From the NCBI GenBank assembly GCA_963748625.1, contig CAVVJT010000002.1:192001-256000 (forward strand): 64,000 nucleotides of DNA. Reading direction: 5' to 3'. The stretch comes from an uncultured Chloroflexia bacterium (GTDB taxonomy: Bacteria; Chloroflexota; Limnocylindria; Limnocylindrales; CSP1-4). Position 1 is the stretch's first letter, and each line of letters opens with the position of its first letter. The notes below the pieces were generated by a model. That model was not told the DNA's origin, made no database searches, and saw only the letters and a program-made list of their open reading frames with translations. This document shows positions 52,629 to 61,732 of the stretch, in pieces. Both the position numbers and the translations under genes were made by a program.

Positions 52629-53867
52629 TCAGACGCCGGCCGCGGTCGCCCAGGCCTCGGCCGACGCGAGCCGTCGGTGGACCTGGCGGCGCCACGCTGG
52701 TGCCTGCACCCTGAACGGACCGGTCGCCATGCCCACGAGCGCGGCGGCCGTCGTACGGCGGAGCTCGGCGGGGTCCACCGCACGCTCGAAGTCGGGCTCG
52801 ATGCGGGCACGCCAGCGGTCGATCGCTGCCCGCCGCCGCGGCACGGCGTCGCCGAGCGCCACGAGGTGCCCCAGCATCGTGGCCAGGTCGTGGACGCGTC
52901 GGCCCGGACCGGCGCCGTCGACATCGAGCATGCCCAGGACCCGGCTGCCGTCGACCAGCAGTTGCGCCTCGTGCAGGTCGCCGTGGGTCGTGACGACCGG
53001 GCCGGTGCCGCTTGGCTCGCCGATGCGCTCGACGAGCGCCTCGAGTCGATCTCGCGCCTCTGGCATGACGGCCGTGAGCAGCCCGGCATGTCCGGAGACG
53101 CGCGCCAGGGGACCCCGGGAGGCCCGGCCCGCAGCCCCTCCAATCCCTGTGCCCAGCGGCGGGAGCCGGTCGAGGAGCTCCAGGATGGCCCCGCCGCCCG
53201 GGAGATCGTCCATGGCGCCCTGGTCGCCGCTCAGCAGCACGTCCCGAATCGTATGACCTCTGATCGCCGCCAGGACGACGGTGCCCGCCTCGGGCCACGA
53301 TTCGACGACCTCCGGGACTGGAACACAGCCGTCGAGGGCGGCCATCCTCGCGAGCAGAGCACGGAGCTCGCCCGGCGGGACGATCTTGAGATAGCGCTCG
53401 AACCCCGCCGCATCTCCGTCGTGCCCTGCGACCCGTACGCGCACGACGGCACGACGCCCGGGGCGGTACGTCCGGACGTCGAGCCGCACGCACTCGGCTG
53501 GAACGCCAAGACGCGCGGCCATGCTCGAGGTTGAGACGGCGGACCGAAGGCCGGGCAGCGCCGGATCCTCGGGGTAGCGCAGCAAGCCCACGGCGAGGTC
53601 GCCGGCGCTGACGACCAGCGTGCCCGCGGCCGGACCATCCACATCGACAATGGCGACGAGCGTCTCTGGGACCGGAGGCCCGCCCGCCCACCGCACCGTT
53701 GCCGCATAGCGCACCACCGCCCGCCGGCCCGGCTTGTAGAGGACCTCGCGCCGATGGAGGGTCGCGAGCTCGCCGCCGGCGGCACGGACGCCCGCGCCGA
53801 CGACGCCCCGCGCACCGCTCCCGAGAAGGACCGCGAGCGCCGGCAGGAGCTCGTCATGGATGGCCAT
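52629..53867 (-). CDS. Aminoglycoside-phosphotransferase-like (APH/protein-kinase-like) kinase
   Basis: YKPGRRAVVRY and YRPGRRAVVRV duplicated module, YLKI, HGDLHEAQLL, MLDVD, DLATMLGHL. Confidence 0.85.
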   Translation of the reverse strand: MAIHDELLPALAVLLGSGARGVVGAGVRAAGGELATLHRREVLYKPGRRAVVRYAATVRWAGGPPVPETLVAIVDVDGPAAGTLVVSAGDLAVGLLRYPEDPALPGLRSAVSTSSMAARLGVPAECVRLDVRTYRPGRRAVVRVRVAGHDGDAAGFERYLKIVPPGELRALLARMAALDGCVPVPEVVESWPEAGTVVLAAIRGHTIRDVLLSGDQGAMDDLPGGGAILELLDRLPPLGTGIGGAAGRASRGPLARVSGHAGLLTAVMPEARDRLEALVERIGEPSGTGPVVTTHGDLHEAQLLVDGSRVLGMLDVDGAGPGRRVHDLATMLGHLVALGDAVPRRRAAIDRWRARIEPDFERAVDPAELRRTTAAALVGMATGPFRVQAPAWRRQVHRRLASAEAWATAAGV

Positions 53868-53900
53868 GCTGCCATCTCAACAGGCCGAGGTTAACCGGGG

Positions 53901-53927
53901 ATGAGACGGGGTGGAGAACTCCGTCAG
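53901..53927 (-). promoter_or_regulatory. Second shared regulatory box, copy b (+ strand ATGAGA-N5-TGGAGA-N5-GTCAG)
   Basis: 34 bp upstream of kinase ATG 53867. Confidence 0.6.
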
Positions 53928-54595
53928 GTCTCGTCGAGGGTGCGGAACCGGTAGCCCATGCCGCGGATCGTCTCGATGGACGCGGCGCCGAGCTTGCGGC
54001 GGAGGTAGCGGATGTAGACCTCCACCACGTTCGACTCGGGTTCGAAGTCGTAGCCCCACACATGGCTGAGGAGCTGCTCCCGACTCAGGACCTGGTCCGG
54101 GTGACGCAGGAAGACCTCGGCGAGCGCGAACTCCCGCGCGGTGAGCTCGACCCACCGTCCTTCGACCTTCGCCCGGCGCGTGCGGAGGTCAAGCGAGACG
54201 CCGCCTGCGCGGAGGACGGTCGCCTCGCCTGCGACGTCGTCGTGCAGCCGCGCCCGGATCCTCGCCAGCAGCTCCTCGAACCGGAATGGCTTCGTCACGT
54301 AGTCATCGGCGCCGCCCTCAAACCCGGCCACCGTGTCGGCCACACCGTCGCGTGCCGTGAGAATGATGACCGGCAGCCGGTCGCCGCGTGCCCGGACGCG
54401 ACGAAGGACCTCGCGACCGTCGAGCTCCGGCAGGCCCAGGTCGAGGATGAGCAGGTCGAAGTCCGCATCGCGCGCCATCTCCGCCGCGGACACCCCGTCG
54501 GACACGGCCGTCGTCGAGAAGCCGGCGGCCCGCAGGCCCTTCTGGAGGAACGTGACGATGTGCGCCTCGTCCTCGGCGATGAGGATGCGGGTCAC
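53924..54595 (-). CDS. OmpR-family response regulator
   Basis: ILIAEDE, LILDLGLP, GADDYVTKPF, SNVVEVYIRYLRRKL, TIRGMGY. Confidence 0.95.
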   Translation of the reverse strand: MTRILIAEDEAHIVTFLQKGLRAAGFSTTAVSDGVSAAEMARDADFDLLILDLGLPELDGREVLRRVRARGDRLPVIILTARDGVADTVAGFEGGADDYVTKPFRFEELLARIRARLHDDVAGEATVLRAGGVSLDLRTRRAKVEGRWVELTAREFALAEVFLRHPDQVLSREQLLSHVWGYDFEPESNVVEVYIRYLRRKLGAASIETIRGMGYRFRTLDET

Positions 54596-54626
54596 GGCAG
54601 GGCCTCCGTCGGCTGTTCGGTGCGGG

Positions 54627-56099
54627 TCATTGCAGCATGTTGTCCGTCAGGGGGTCGATGGGGATCACGAGACTGAACGTGGAGCCCTCGCCGAGGACGC
54701 TCTCGAGATCGGTCCTGCCGCCGTGGGCGACGGCCACCGCGTCGACAATGGCGAGTCCCAGTCCCGTCCCCTCGCTGGCGCTCGTCAGCCGGTCACGGCC
54801 ACGGGCAAACCGGCCAAAGATCCGTTGCTGCTCCTCGGGCGCGATCCCGGTTCCTTCGTCGCGGACCCACAGGCGGGCATTCGGGCCCTCGACGACCGCA
54901 CCGAGCTCGATGACAGCGCCAGGGGGAGTGTGGCGGACGGCGTTGGTTGCGAGGTTGACGATCGCCTGACCCAAGCGGTCGGCATCGGCGAAGACGACCG
55001 CCGGCCGGGTGGGTGCGACCTTCCAGTCGCGATCGCCGAGCGGACGGACCCGCGCCGCCAGCGTCTCAACGAGCTCGGCCAGCTCGACCGGGCCACGACG
55101 GAGGAAGTCGGGCTGCTCGGCGCGGGCGATGAGCAGCAGGTCCGCAACATAGCGGCTCATGCTGTCCAGCTCGTCGAGCACCAGCGCCACGGTCTGCCGC
55201 CGCTCGTCGGGGTCATCGTCCAGCAGCTCGAGGTGGCCGCGGATGATCGTGAGCGGCGTCCGCAGCTCGTGACCGACGTCGTTGAGGAACTCCCGTTGCT
55301 CCGCGAACACCGTCTCGAGGCGCTCGAGCATCGAGTTGAGGGTCGCGGTCAGCTCGGCGACCTCATCGCTGCCTTCGACCTCGATGCGTGCGCCGAGATC
55401 GCGCCCGCCGATCTCGCGGGCGGTCGTGGTCAGGCGGCGGAGCGGCGCGATCGCGCGGCCGGCAGCACCCCAGGCGAGGGCGGTTGCGAGCAGGATGACG
55501 GCCGACGACACCGCCAGCATCACCTGCACCGTCTGGTCGATCTGCGCACGGCGCTCGGCTTCGTAGAAGGCCGCCGCGAAGACGCCCGCCCGGCGGTCGC
55601 CGGCGTCGAGCGGGACGGCCAGCCAGCGCACCGGTCCGGCATCGGAGTCCGCGCGTCCCCACGTGGGGACCGACGCACCCTGCCAGGCAGCGAGCGTGGC
55701 CGGGTCGTCGAAGAGGGACACGGGAGCCACGGTCCGCTTGTACGGCAGCCCGTCGACGATCGCGTAGAGCGCCTCGTACTCGTTGGGAACGCTCCGCTCG
55801 AAGAAGTTGTCGAAGATCGCCGCGGTGTCGTCTCCGAACGGCTCGCCGGTGGCCGGATCGACGCTGTCGGCGAGGCGCCGGACCTCTTCGACCTCTTGCG
55901 CCAGTGCCTTGTCGACGTCCGTGGCCAGCTGCGCGGTGAGGATCTGGCGCAGCCCGACGATCGTGAGGGCGATCGAGACCATGAGCAGGACGACGTACCA
56001 CGCGAGGATGCGGGTCCGGATTCCCCCGGGCAGCGCCGGCCATCGCGAATGCTGCGCGCTCACCGTGGCTCCTGGCGACGCGCCGGCGGTGGTCCCCAT
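54627..56099 (-). CDS. HAMP-domain sensor histidine kinase
   Basis: Two TM segments, HAMP, GHELRTPL, NLATNAVRH, DEGTGI, GTGLGLAI. Confidence 0.93.
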   Translation of the reverse strand: MGTTAGASPGATVSAQHSRWPALPGGIRTRILAWYVVLLMVSIALTIVGLRQILTAQLATDVDKALAQEVEEVRRLADSVDPATGEPFGDDTAAIFDNFFERSVPNEYEALYAIVDGLPYKRTVAPVSLFDDPATLAAWQGASVPTWGRADSDAGPVRWLAVPLDAGDRRAGVFAAAFYEAERRAQIDQTVQVMLAVSSAVILLATALAWGAAGRAIAPLRRLTTTAREIGGRDLGARIEVEGSDEVAELTATLNSMLERLETVFAEQREFLNDVGHELRTPLTIIRGHLELLDDDPDERRQTVALVLDELDSMSRYVADLLLIARAEQPDFLRRGPVELAELVETLAARVRPLGDRDWKVAPTRPAVVFADADRLGQAIVNLATNAVRHTPPGAVIELGAVVEGPNARLWVRDEGTGIAPEEQQRIFGRFARGRDRLTSASEGTGLGLAIVDAVAVAHGGRTDLESVLGEGSTFSLVIPIDPLTDNMLQ

Positions 56100-56133
56100 G
56101 CCTTCGACGATCTCACCGCCCGCCGACGCCAAC

Positions 56134-56160
56134 ATGAGACGGCGATGAGGAAGCGTTCAT
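56134..56160 (-). promoter_or_regulatory. Second shared regulatory box, copy a (+ strand ATGAGA-N5-ATGAGG-N5-TTCAT)
   Basis: 35 bp upstream of sensor ATG 56099; 11-bp-spaced direct repeat typical of OmpR sites. Confidence 0.6.
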
Positions 56161-56309
56161 GTCCATAGCCTGCATTGTGGTCCCCGCGAGCGTCGCCTGC
56201 GGTGGCGGCCGGTGGCCGACCAGGCCGCGTGGCACACTCCTCGCGCGCATCACGAAGGGCTGCGATGCACGCAGCGCCGGGTTGTACGTCGCGACAGGGG
56301 TGAGCGCGG

Positions 56310-56705
56310 GTGTCGTTCGAGACGGCGATGGAGTGGGTCGTCCTCGCGTTCGAGGTGGCCGGGATCACGATCCTGGCGGCCGGCTCCCTGCGCGCGCTGG
56401 TGACGGCGGGGGCCGCCTACGCGCGAGGCCAGCGGTCGGGCGTGTACGAGCGGGCCCGCCTCCAGGTGGGGCAGGCGATCCTCCTCGGCCTCGAGGTCCT
56501 GATCATTGCCGACATCGTGATGACGGTTACGATCGATCCGACGGTCGAGAGCGCCATCACCCTCGGGATCATCGTGCTGGTCCGGACGTTCCTGAGCTTC
56601 TCGCTGGAGATCGAGCTCGAGGGCGTGGTGCCGTGGCGTCGTCGCCAGGCGCAGCAGGCGAAGCAGGCAGACGCGGACCCGGCGCCGGCGGTCTCGCTCG
56701 ACTAG
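56310..56705 (+). CDS. DUF1622-family membrane protein
   Basis: GQAILLGLEVLIIADIVMTV..LGIIVLVRTFLSFSLEIELEG. Confidence 0.85.
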   Translation: MSFETAMEWVVLAFEVAGITILAAGSLRALVTAGAAYARGQRSGVYERARLQVGQAILLGLEVLIIADIVMTVTIDPTVESAITLGIIVLVRTFLSFSLEIELEGVVPWRRRQAQQAKQADADPAPAVSLD

Positions 56706-56789
56706 CCCGGCAGCGCCAGCAGACGACCAGGCGGCTGGCGCCCTCCATCCCACGACGCAGCGTCCAACGCGAAGGAGGTACCGAGGCAC

Positions 56790-57869
56790 ATGTCACTCAC
56801 CATCAAGCCCGCGGGAGGGATCGACTTCCTCGCGCTCGGCGGCCTCGTCATCCGGCTCGACACGGGCCTCATCCCGTTTCGCAAGGCCCACTCGGCCGAC
56901 ATCCACGTCTCCGGCGCCGAGTTCAACGTCGCCTACAACCTCGCCGACTGCTTCGGCTTGCGTACGGCCGTGGCAACGGCCATGGTCGACTACCCGGTGG
57001 GCGACCTCGTGCGCGAGCACGTGCGTGCCGCCGGGGTGACCCCCTTCTACCGGCACTTCGTTCACGATGGCGTGACCGGCCCGAACATCGCGACGGTCTA
57101 CTCCGATCGCGCGGTCGGCGTCCGGGCACCGGTCGTCTTCTACAACCGTGCCAACGAGGCGGCGGCCCAGCTGCAGGCGGGCGACTTCGACTGGGACGCG
57201 ATCTTCACCGCCAACAGCGTCCGCTGGTTCCACACGGGCGGGCTGTTCGAGGCGCTCTCGGAGACCACGCCTGACGTCATCGTCGAGGCGATGCAGGCGG
57301 CGCGCCGCAACGGCGTCATCGTGAGCTTCGACCTCAACTACCGCGCGAAGATGTGGAAGCGGCTCGGTGGCCAGGTGAAGGCCCAGGAGGTCACGCGGCG
57401 GATCGTCGAGCAGGTGGACGTCCTCGTTGGCAACGAGGAGGACATGCAGCTCTCGCTCGGGATCGCGGGGCCGGAGGCCGCGAGGGCGGGCGCGCTCGAC
57501 GCATCGGCGTTTGCGGGCATGATCGAGGGTGTGACCGCAGCGTTCCCGAACGTTCGCCTGGTCGCGACGACGCTCCGCGAGGTGGTCTCGACGTCGCGCC
57601 ACCGCTGGAGCGCGGTCGTCGCGATGGACGGTGAGGTGCTTCAGGCGCCCACGCTCGACCTCGAGGTCCATGACCGTGTGGGCGGCGGTGACGGCTTCGC
57701 GTCGGGCCTCTTCTACGGCATCCTCGCCGGGCTTCCCCTCGATGAGGCGGTCCGCCTCGGCTGGGCGCACGGAGCACTGCTCACGACCTTCCCGGGCGAC
57801 ACCACCATGGCGACGCTCGACCAGGTCAGGGCGCTCGCCGGCGGTGGCGGGGCGCGCATCCAGCGCTAG
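56790..57869 (+). CDS. kdgK: PfkB-family sugar kinase, 2-keto-3-deoxygluconate kinase-like
   Basis: GAEFNVA, WFHTGG, SFDLNYR, GNEED, DRVGGGDGFASG, PGD; AAGGAGG SD. Confidence 0.85.
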   Translation: MSLTIKPAGGIDFLALGGLVIRLDTGLIPFRKAHSADIHVSGAEFNVAYNLADCFGLRTAVATAMVDYPVGDLVREHVRAAGVTPFYRHFVHDGVTGPNIATVYSDRAVGVRAPVVFYNRANEAAAQLQAGDFDWDAIFTANSVRWFHTGGLFEALSETTPDVIVEAMQAARRNGVIVSFDLNYRAKMWKRLGGQVKAQEVTRRIVEQVDVLVGNEEDMQLSLGIAGPEAARAGALDASAFAGMIEGVTAAFPNVRLVATTLREVVSTSRHRWSAVVAMDGEVLQAPTLDLEVHDRVGGGDGFASGLFYGILAGLPLDEAVRLGWAHGALLTTFPGDTTMATLDQVRALAGGGGARIQR

Positions 57870-57912
57870 CATCTGGGTGCAGCAACTGCCCACCAAGGAC
57901 CTGAGGACCGCG

Positions 57913-59364
57913 ATGAACACCGGAACTGAACCGCGCGCTGATATCGGCCTCGTCGGCCTCGCCGTGATGGGCCAGAACCTCGTCCTGAACATGGCCGACC
58001 ACGGCTTCACGGTGGCGGTCTACAACCGCACGACGGCCGTGACCGACGAGTTCCTCGCGGGTCCGGCGGCAGGCGCGACCGTCATCGGCTGCGCGACGCT
58101 CGACGAACTCGCGGCGAGCCTCAAGACGCCACGCCGCGTGATGATGATGGTCAAGGCGGGCGCCGCGGTGGACGCGGTGATCGCCGAGCTCGTGAAGGTC
58201 CTGGAGCCCGGCGACATCATCATCGACGGCGGGAACTCGCTCTTCACCGACTCCATCCGCCGCACCCGCGAGGTGGAGGCGCGCGGCCTGCTGTACATCG
58301 GCACCGGCGTCTCGGGCGGCGAGGAGGGCGCGCGGCACGGACCCTCGATCATGCCCGGCGGCTCCCCGGCCGCGTGGCCCGCGGTCAAGCCGATCCTCCA
58401 GGCGGTGTCTGCCAAGACCGCCGACGGCACGCCGTGCTGCGACTGGGTTGGCGCTGACGGTGCGGGCCACTACGTGAAGATGGTCCATAACGGGATCGAG
58501 TACGGCGATATGCAGGTGACCGCCGAGGCGTACGCCCTCATGCGCGCCGCCGGCATGCGCCACGAGGCGATGTCCGACACCTTCCGGACGTGGAGCGAGG
58601 GCGTCCTGGACTCCTATCTCGTCGACATCACCGCCGACATCCTCGCCTTCAAGGACGAGGACGGGTCGCCGCTCGTGGAGCACATCCTCGACAGCGCCGG
58701 CCAGAAGGGCACCGGCAAGTGGACGGTCATGTCGTCCATGGACCTCGCGCAGCCGGTCACGCTCGTCGCGGAGGCCGTGTTCGCGCGCATCGTGTCGTCC
58801 CTCAAGGACCAGCGCGTCCGCGCGTCGGCCGTCCTGGCCGGGCCCGCGCCAGAGATCGGGGTCAGCGTCGATGACATCCGCGACGCGCTCTACGCCTCGA
58901 AGATCGTCTCGTACGCCCAGGGGTTCATGCTGCTCCGCGCCGCCGCGGCCGAGCACGGCTGGGAGCTGGACCTCGGGCGGATCGCCTCGCTCTGGCGCGA
59001 GGGCTGCATCATCCGCGCCCGGTTCCTCGACGACATCACGGCGGCGTTCGACCGCGACCCGGGCCTCGAGAACCTCCTGCTCGACCCGTTCTTCGCCGAT
59101 GCCATGAGCCAGGCGCAGGCCGGCTGGCGCCGGGTCGTGTCGGCCGCGGTCAACGCCGGCATCCCGGTGCCCGCCTATTCGACGGCGCTCGCCTTCTTCG
59201 ACGGCTACCGGAGCGCGGTGCTGCCGGCGAACCTGATCCAGGCCCAGCGCGACTACTTCGGCGCCCACACCTACGAGCGGACGGACCAGCCGCGCGGCCA
59301 GGTCTTCCACACGAACTGGACCGGGCACGGCGGGTCCACCACGGCGGGGACCTACCAGGCGTAG
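57913..59364 (+). CDS. gnd: NADP-dependent 6-phosphogluconate dehydrogenase (decarboxylating)
   Basis: GLAVMGQNL, YNRT, IDGGN, GVSGGEEGA, KMVHNGIEY, GQKGTGKWT, QAQRDYFGAHTY. Confidence 0.97.
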   Translation: MNTGTEPRADIGLVGLAVMGQNLVLNMADHGFTVAVYNRTTAVTDEFLAGPAAGATVIGCATLDELAASLKTPRRVMMMVKAGAAVDAVIAELVKVLEPGDIIIDGGNSLFTDSIRRTREVEARGLLYIGTGVSGGEEGARHGPSIMPGGSPAAWPAVKPILQAVSAKTADGTPCCDWVGADGAGHYVKMVHNGIEYGDMQVTAEAYALMRAAGMRHEAMSDTFRTWSEGVLDSYLVDITADILAFKDEDGSPLVEHILDSAGQKGTGKWTVMSSMDLAQPVTLVAEAVFARIVSSLKDQRVRASAVLAGPAPEIGVSVDDIRDALYASKIVSYAQGFMLLRAAAAEHGWELDLGRIASLWREGCIIRARFLDDITAAFDRDPGLENLLLDPFFADAMSQAQAGWRRVVSAAVNAGIPVPAYSTALAFFDGYRSAVLPANLIQAQRDYFGAHTYERTDQPRGQVFHTNWTGHGGSTTAGTYQA

Positions 59365-59571
59365 GAAGGTCTCCGGCCCGGCCTCGTCGGACATCGCCCA
59401 GGCGATGAGGCCCGTCCACATCGCGGACCAGATCATCAGCCCGAGTCCGCCGTTCTCGAAGTCGTCAGGGGCGAGTGGGCCGTGCGGAAGCCCAACGCAC
59501 GATGTCACTTCACTGACCGTGTGGCACGCATTTCCAACCCGGGTCTTACCCGGACGCGTCACCATGGCGCC

Positions 59572-60255
59572 ATGCGTGCACAGATCCTCGTTGCCGACGA
59601 TGACCGGGCGATCCGGGAATCGCTCGAGCGCGCCCTCGGGCTGGAGGGCTACGAGGTGCTGACCGCCGCCGACGGGGCCGCGGCGCTCGCGGTCATCGAC
59701 GACGAGAAACCGGACCTCGTCGTGCTCGACGTGATGATGCCGGGCCTCGACGGCCTGACGGTCTGCCGGGTCCTGCGGGCCCAGCGGAACCGGCTGCCGA
59801 TCCTGATGCTCACGGCCCGCACCGAGACGTCCGACCGGGTGGCCGGCCTGGACGCGGGGGCGGACGACTACCTCGCGAAGCCGTTCGAGCTCGACGAGCT
59901 GCTGGCCCGGATCCGGGCGCTCCTGCGCCGGGCATCGGCTGGTGACGCGGGGCCGGGCTCCCTCGTCGTCGCCGACCTGCGTCTCGATCCCGCAACCCGG
60001 CGTGCCTGGCGCGGCGAGCGCGAGATCGACCTCACGAAGACCGAGTTCGACCTGCTCGAGCTGCTCATGCGCAACGCCGGCATCGTTCTCCAGCACGAAG
60101 CGATCTACGAGCGCATCTGGGGCTACGACTTCGGACCCGACTCGAAGAACCTCGCGGTCTACATCAGCTACCTGCGTCGCAAGGTTGACGACGAGGGCGC
60201 CCCAGGGCTGATCCGCACGGTCCGCGGCGTCGGCTACACCATCCGCGCGTCGTGA
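59572..60255 (+). CDS. OmpR-family response regulator (MprA-like)
   Basis: ILVADDDRAIRESL, VLDVMMP, GADDYLAKPF, WGYDFGPDSKNLAVYISYLRRK. Confidence 0.95.
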   Translation: MRAQILVADDDRAIRESLERALGLEGYEVLTAADGAAALAVIDDEKPDLVVLDVMMPGLDGLTVCRVLRAQRNRLPILMLTARTETSDRVAGLDAGADDYLAKPFELDELLARIRALLRRASAGDAGPGSLVVADLRLDPATRRAWRGEREIDLTKTEFDLLELLMRNAGIVLQHEAIYERIWGYDFGPDSKNLAVYISYLRRKVDDEGAPGLIRTVRGVGYTIRAS

Positions 60256-61592
60256 GCCTCCGAACCCGGCTGGTCCTTGCGTTCGTCACCCTCACCACGC
60301 TCGCAACGATCGCGGTGGGGGCGTGGAGTTATGTCGCCACCGTCGACCGGCTCTACGCCGAGATCGACCGGTCGCTCGACGACATCGCGGCGATCGTGAT
60401 CGACCGCGGTGTCGCAGACCCGCCGGGCGATGCCGGCCCCGGCGGGGACGCTGGCGGTCCGCCGGCGGGCGGCACCTTCACGACGCAGGTCATCGGCGGC
60501 GACGGAACGGTCGTCCGGTCCGAGGCGGGCGTCACCATCCCGGTCGCGGACGTGGACGTCGCGGTCGCGAGCGGCGCCGATCGGACTGCGCGCGACTATC
60601 GAGACCTGACGCTCGACGGTGGACGCTACCGGCTCCTGACCGCGGCTCTTGGCGCGCCGGGGGCGGTCCAGGTGGTCCGCAGCCTCGACGAGGTGGACCG
60701 GCTCTCGGCATCGCTGGCGGTCGGCATCCTCGCCGCCGTCCTGGTCGTCGCGGCGTTGGCGGCCGTCGCGGGCTGGGTCATTGCGCGCCAGCTCACCCGG
60801 CGGCTCGAGCGCCTCGTCAGCGCGACCGACGAGGTCGCCACCACCGGGAACCTGGACGTCGAGGTGCCAGTGGCCGGTCATGACGAGATCGCGACGCTTG
60901 GAGCGTCGTTCAGCTCCATGCTCGGGTCCCTGCGGCAGTCGCAGGAAGCCCAGCGGCGCCTTGTCCAGGACGCAGGCCATGAGCTCCGCACCCCGTTGAC
61001 CAGCCTGCGGACGAACATCGGCGTCCTGCGGCGCCACCCGGATCTCCCCGCTGACGCGCGCGCGCGGCTGGTGGACGACCTCGACCTCGAGGCCCGCGAG
61101 CTCTCGACACTTGCGAACGAGCTCGTCGATCTGGCGGCAGAACGGCGCGACGACGAGCCGCTCGAGGAGGTTGCCCTTGGCCCGCTGGCCGAACGCGCGG
61201 CTGCACGGACGCGCCGGCGCACCGGTCGCGAGGTGCCCGTGGACGCCGATGCCTCCGTCGTTCTCGGGAGGCCGCTCGCGCTGGAGCGCGCCGTGTCCAA
61301 CCTCCTCGACAACGCCGTCAAGTTCGATCCGAACGGCGGACCGATATCGGTCGAAGCCCACGCCGGGAGCATCGCGGTCCTCGACCGGGGGCCGGGGATT
61401 GCCGCCGGCGACGTCGATCACGTCTTCGACCGCTTCTTCCGGAGCGAGGACGCCCGCAGCCGGCCGGGGTCGGGCCTCGGGCTGGCGATCGTCCGCGACG
61501 TGGCCGAGTCGCACGGTGGCACGGTCTTCGTCGCGAACCGCGAGGGCGGTGGCGCACGGGTCGGGTTCTCGATCCCGATGGCCGGAGACTGA
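60252..61592 (+). CDS. Sensor histidine kinase (MprB-like)
   Basis: MSLRTRL, HAMP, DAGHELRTPLTSLRTN, NLLDNAVKF, PGSGLGLAIV. Confidence 0.93.
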   Translation: MSLRTRLVLAFVTLTTLATIAVGAWSYVATVDRLYAEIDRSLDDIAAIVIDRGVADPPGDAGPGGDAGGPPAGGTFTTQVIGGDGTVVRSEAGVTIPVADVDVAVASGADRTARDYRDLTLDGGRYRLLTAALGAPGAVQVVRSLDEVDRLSASLAVGILAAVLVVAALAAVAGWVIARQLTRRLERLVSATDEVATTGNLDVEVPVAGHDEIATLGASFSSMLGSLRQSQEAQRRLVQDAGHELRTPLTSLRTNIGVLRRHPDLPADARARLVDDLDLEARELSTLANELVDLAAERRDDEPLEEVALGPLAERAAARTRRRTGREVPVDADASVVLGRPLALERAVSNLLDNAVKFDPNGGPISVEAHAGSIAVLDRGPGIAAGDVDHVFDRFFRSEDARSRPGSGLGLAIVRDVAESHGGTVFVANREGGGARVGFSIPMAGD

Positions 61593-61613
61593 CGAGCTCG
61601 ACGCCCCGGCGGA

Positions 61614-61646
61614 CCGGTTCTAACCGATCTCCAACCGTTCTCCAAG
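61614..61646 (+). promoter_or_regulatory. 11-bp-periodic direct repeats, candidate site for the adjacent response regulator
   Basis: ccggttctaa ccgatctccaa ccgttctccaa upstream of the esterase gene. Confidence 0.5.
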
Positions 61647-61732
61647 GCGGAGGCAACCCCGCGCGTGCAGCGTTGTGGCGAACGAACACGCCGCCGCCGA
61701 TGCCACGCGGCCGCGCACTATCAGGAGAACGC

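Noticed and set aside
52629-53867. Aminoglycoside resistance gene
   Set aside because: Longer than APH resistance enzymes, with a duplicated N-terminal module and non-resistance context; only the fold is shared.
59365-59500. Small minus-strand membrane peptide (GLGLMIWSAMWTGLIAWAM)
   Set aside because: No clear start or SD, and it runs into gnd antisense; at most a gene remnant.
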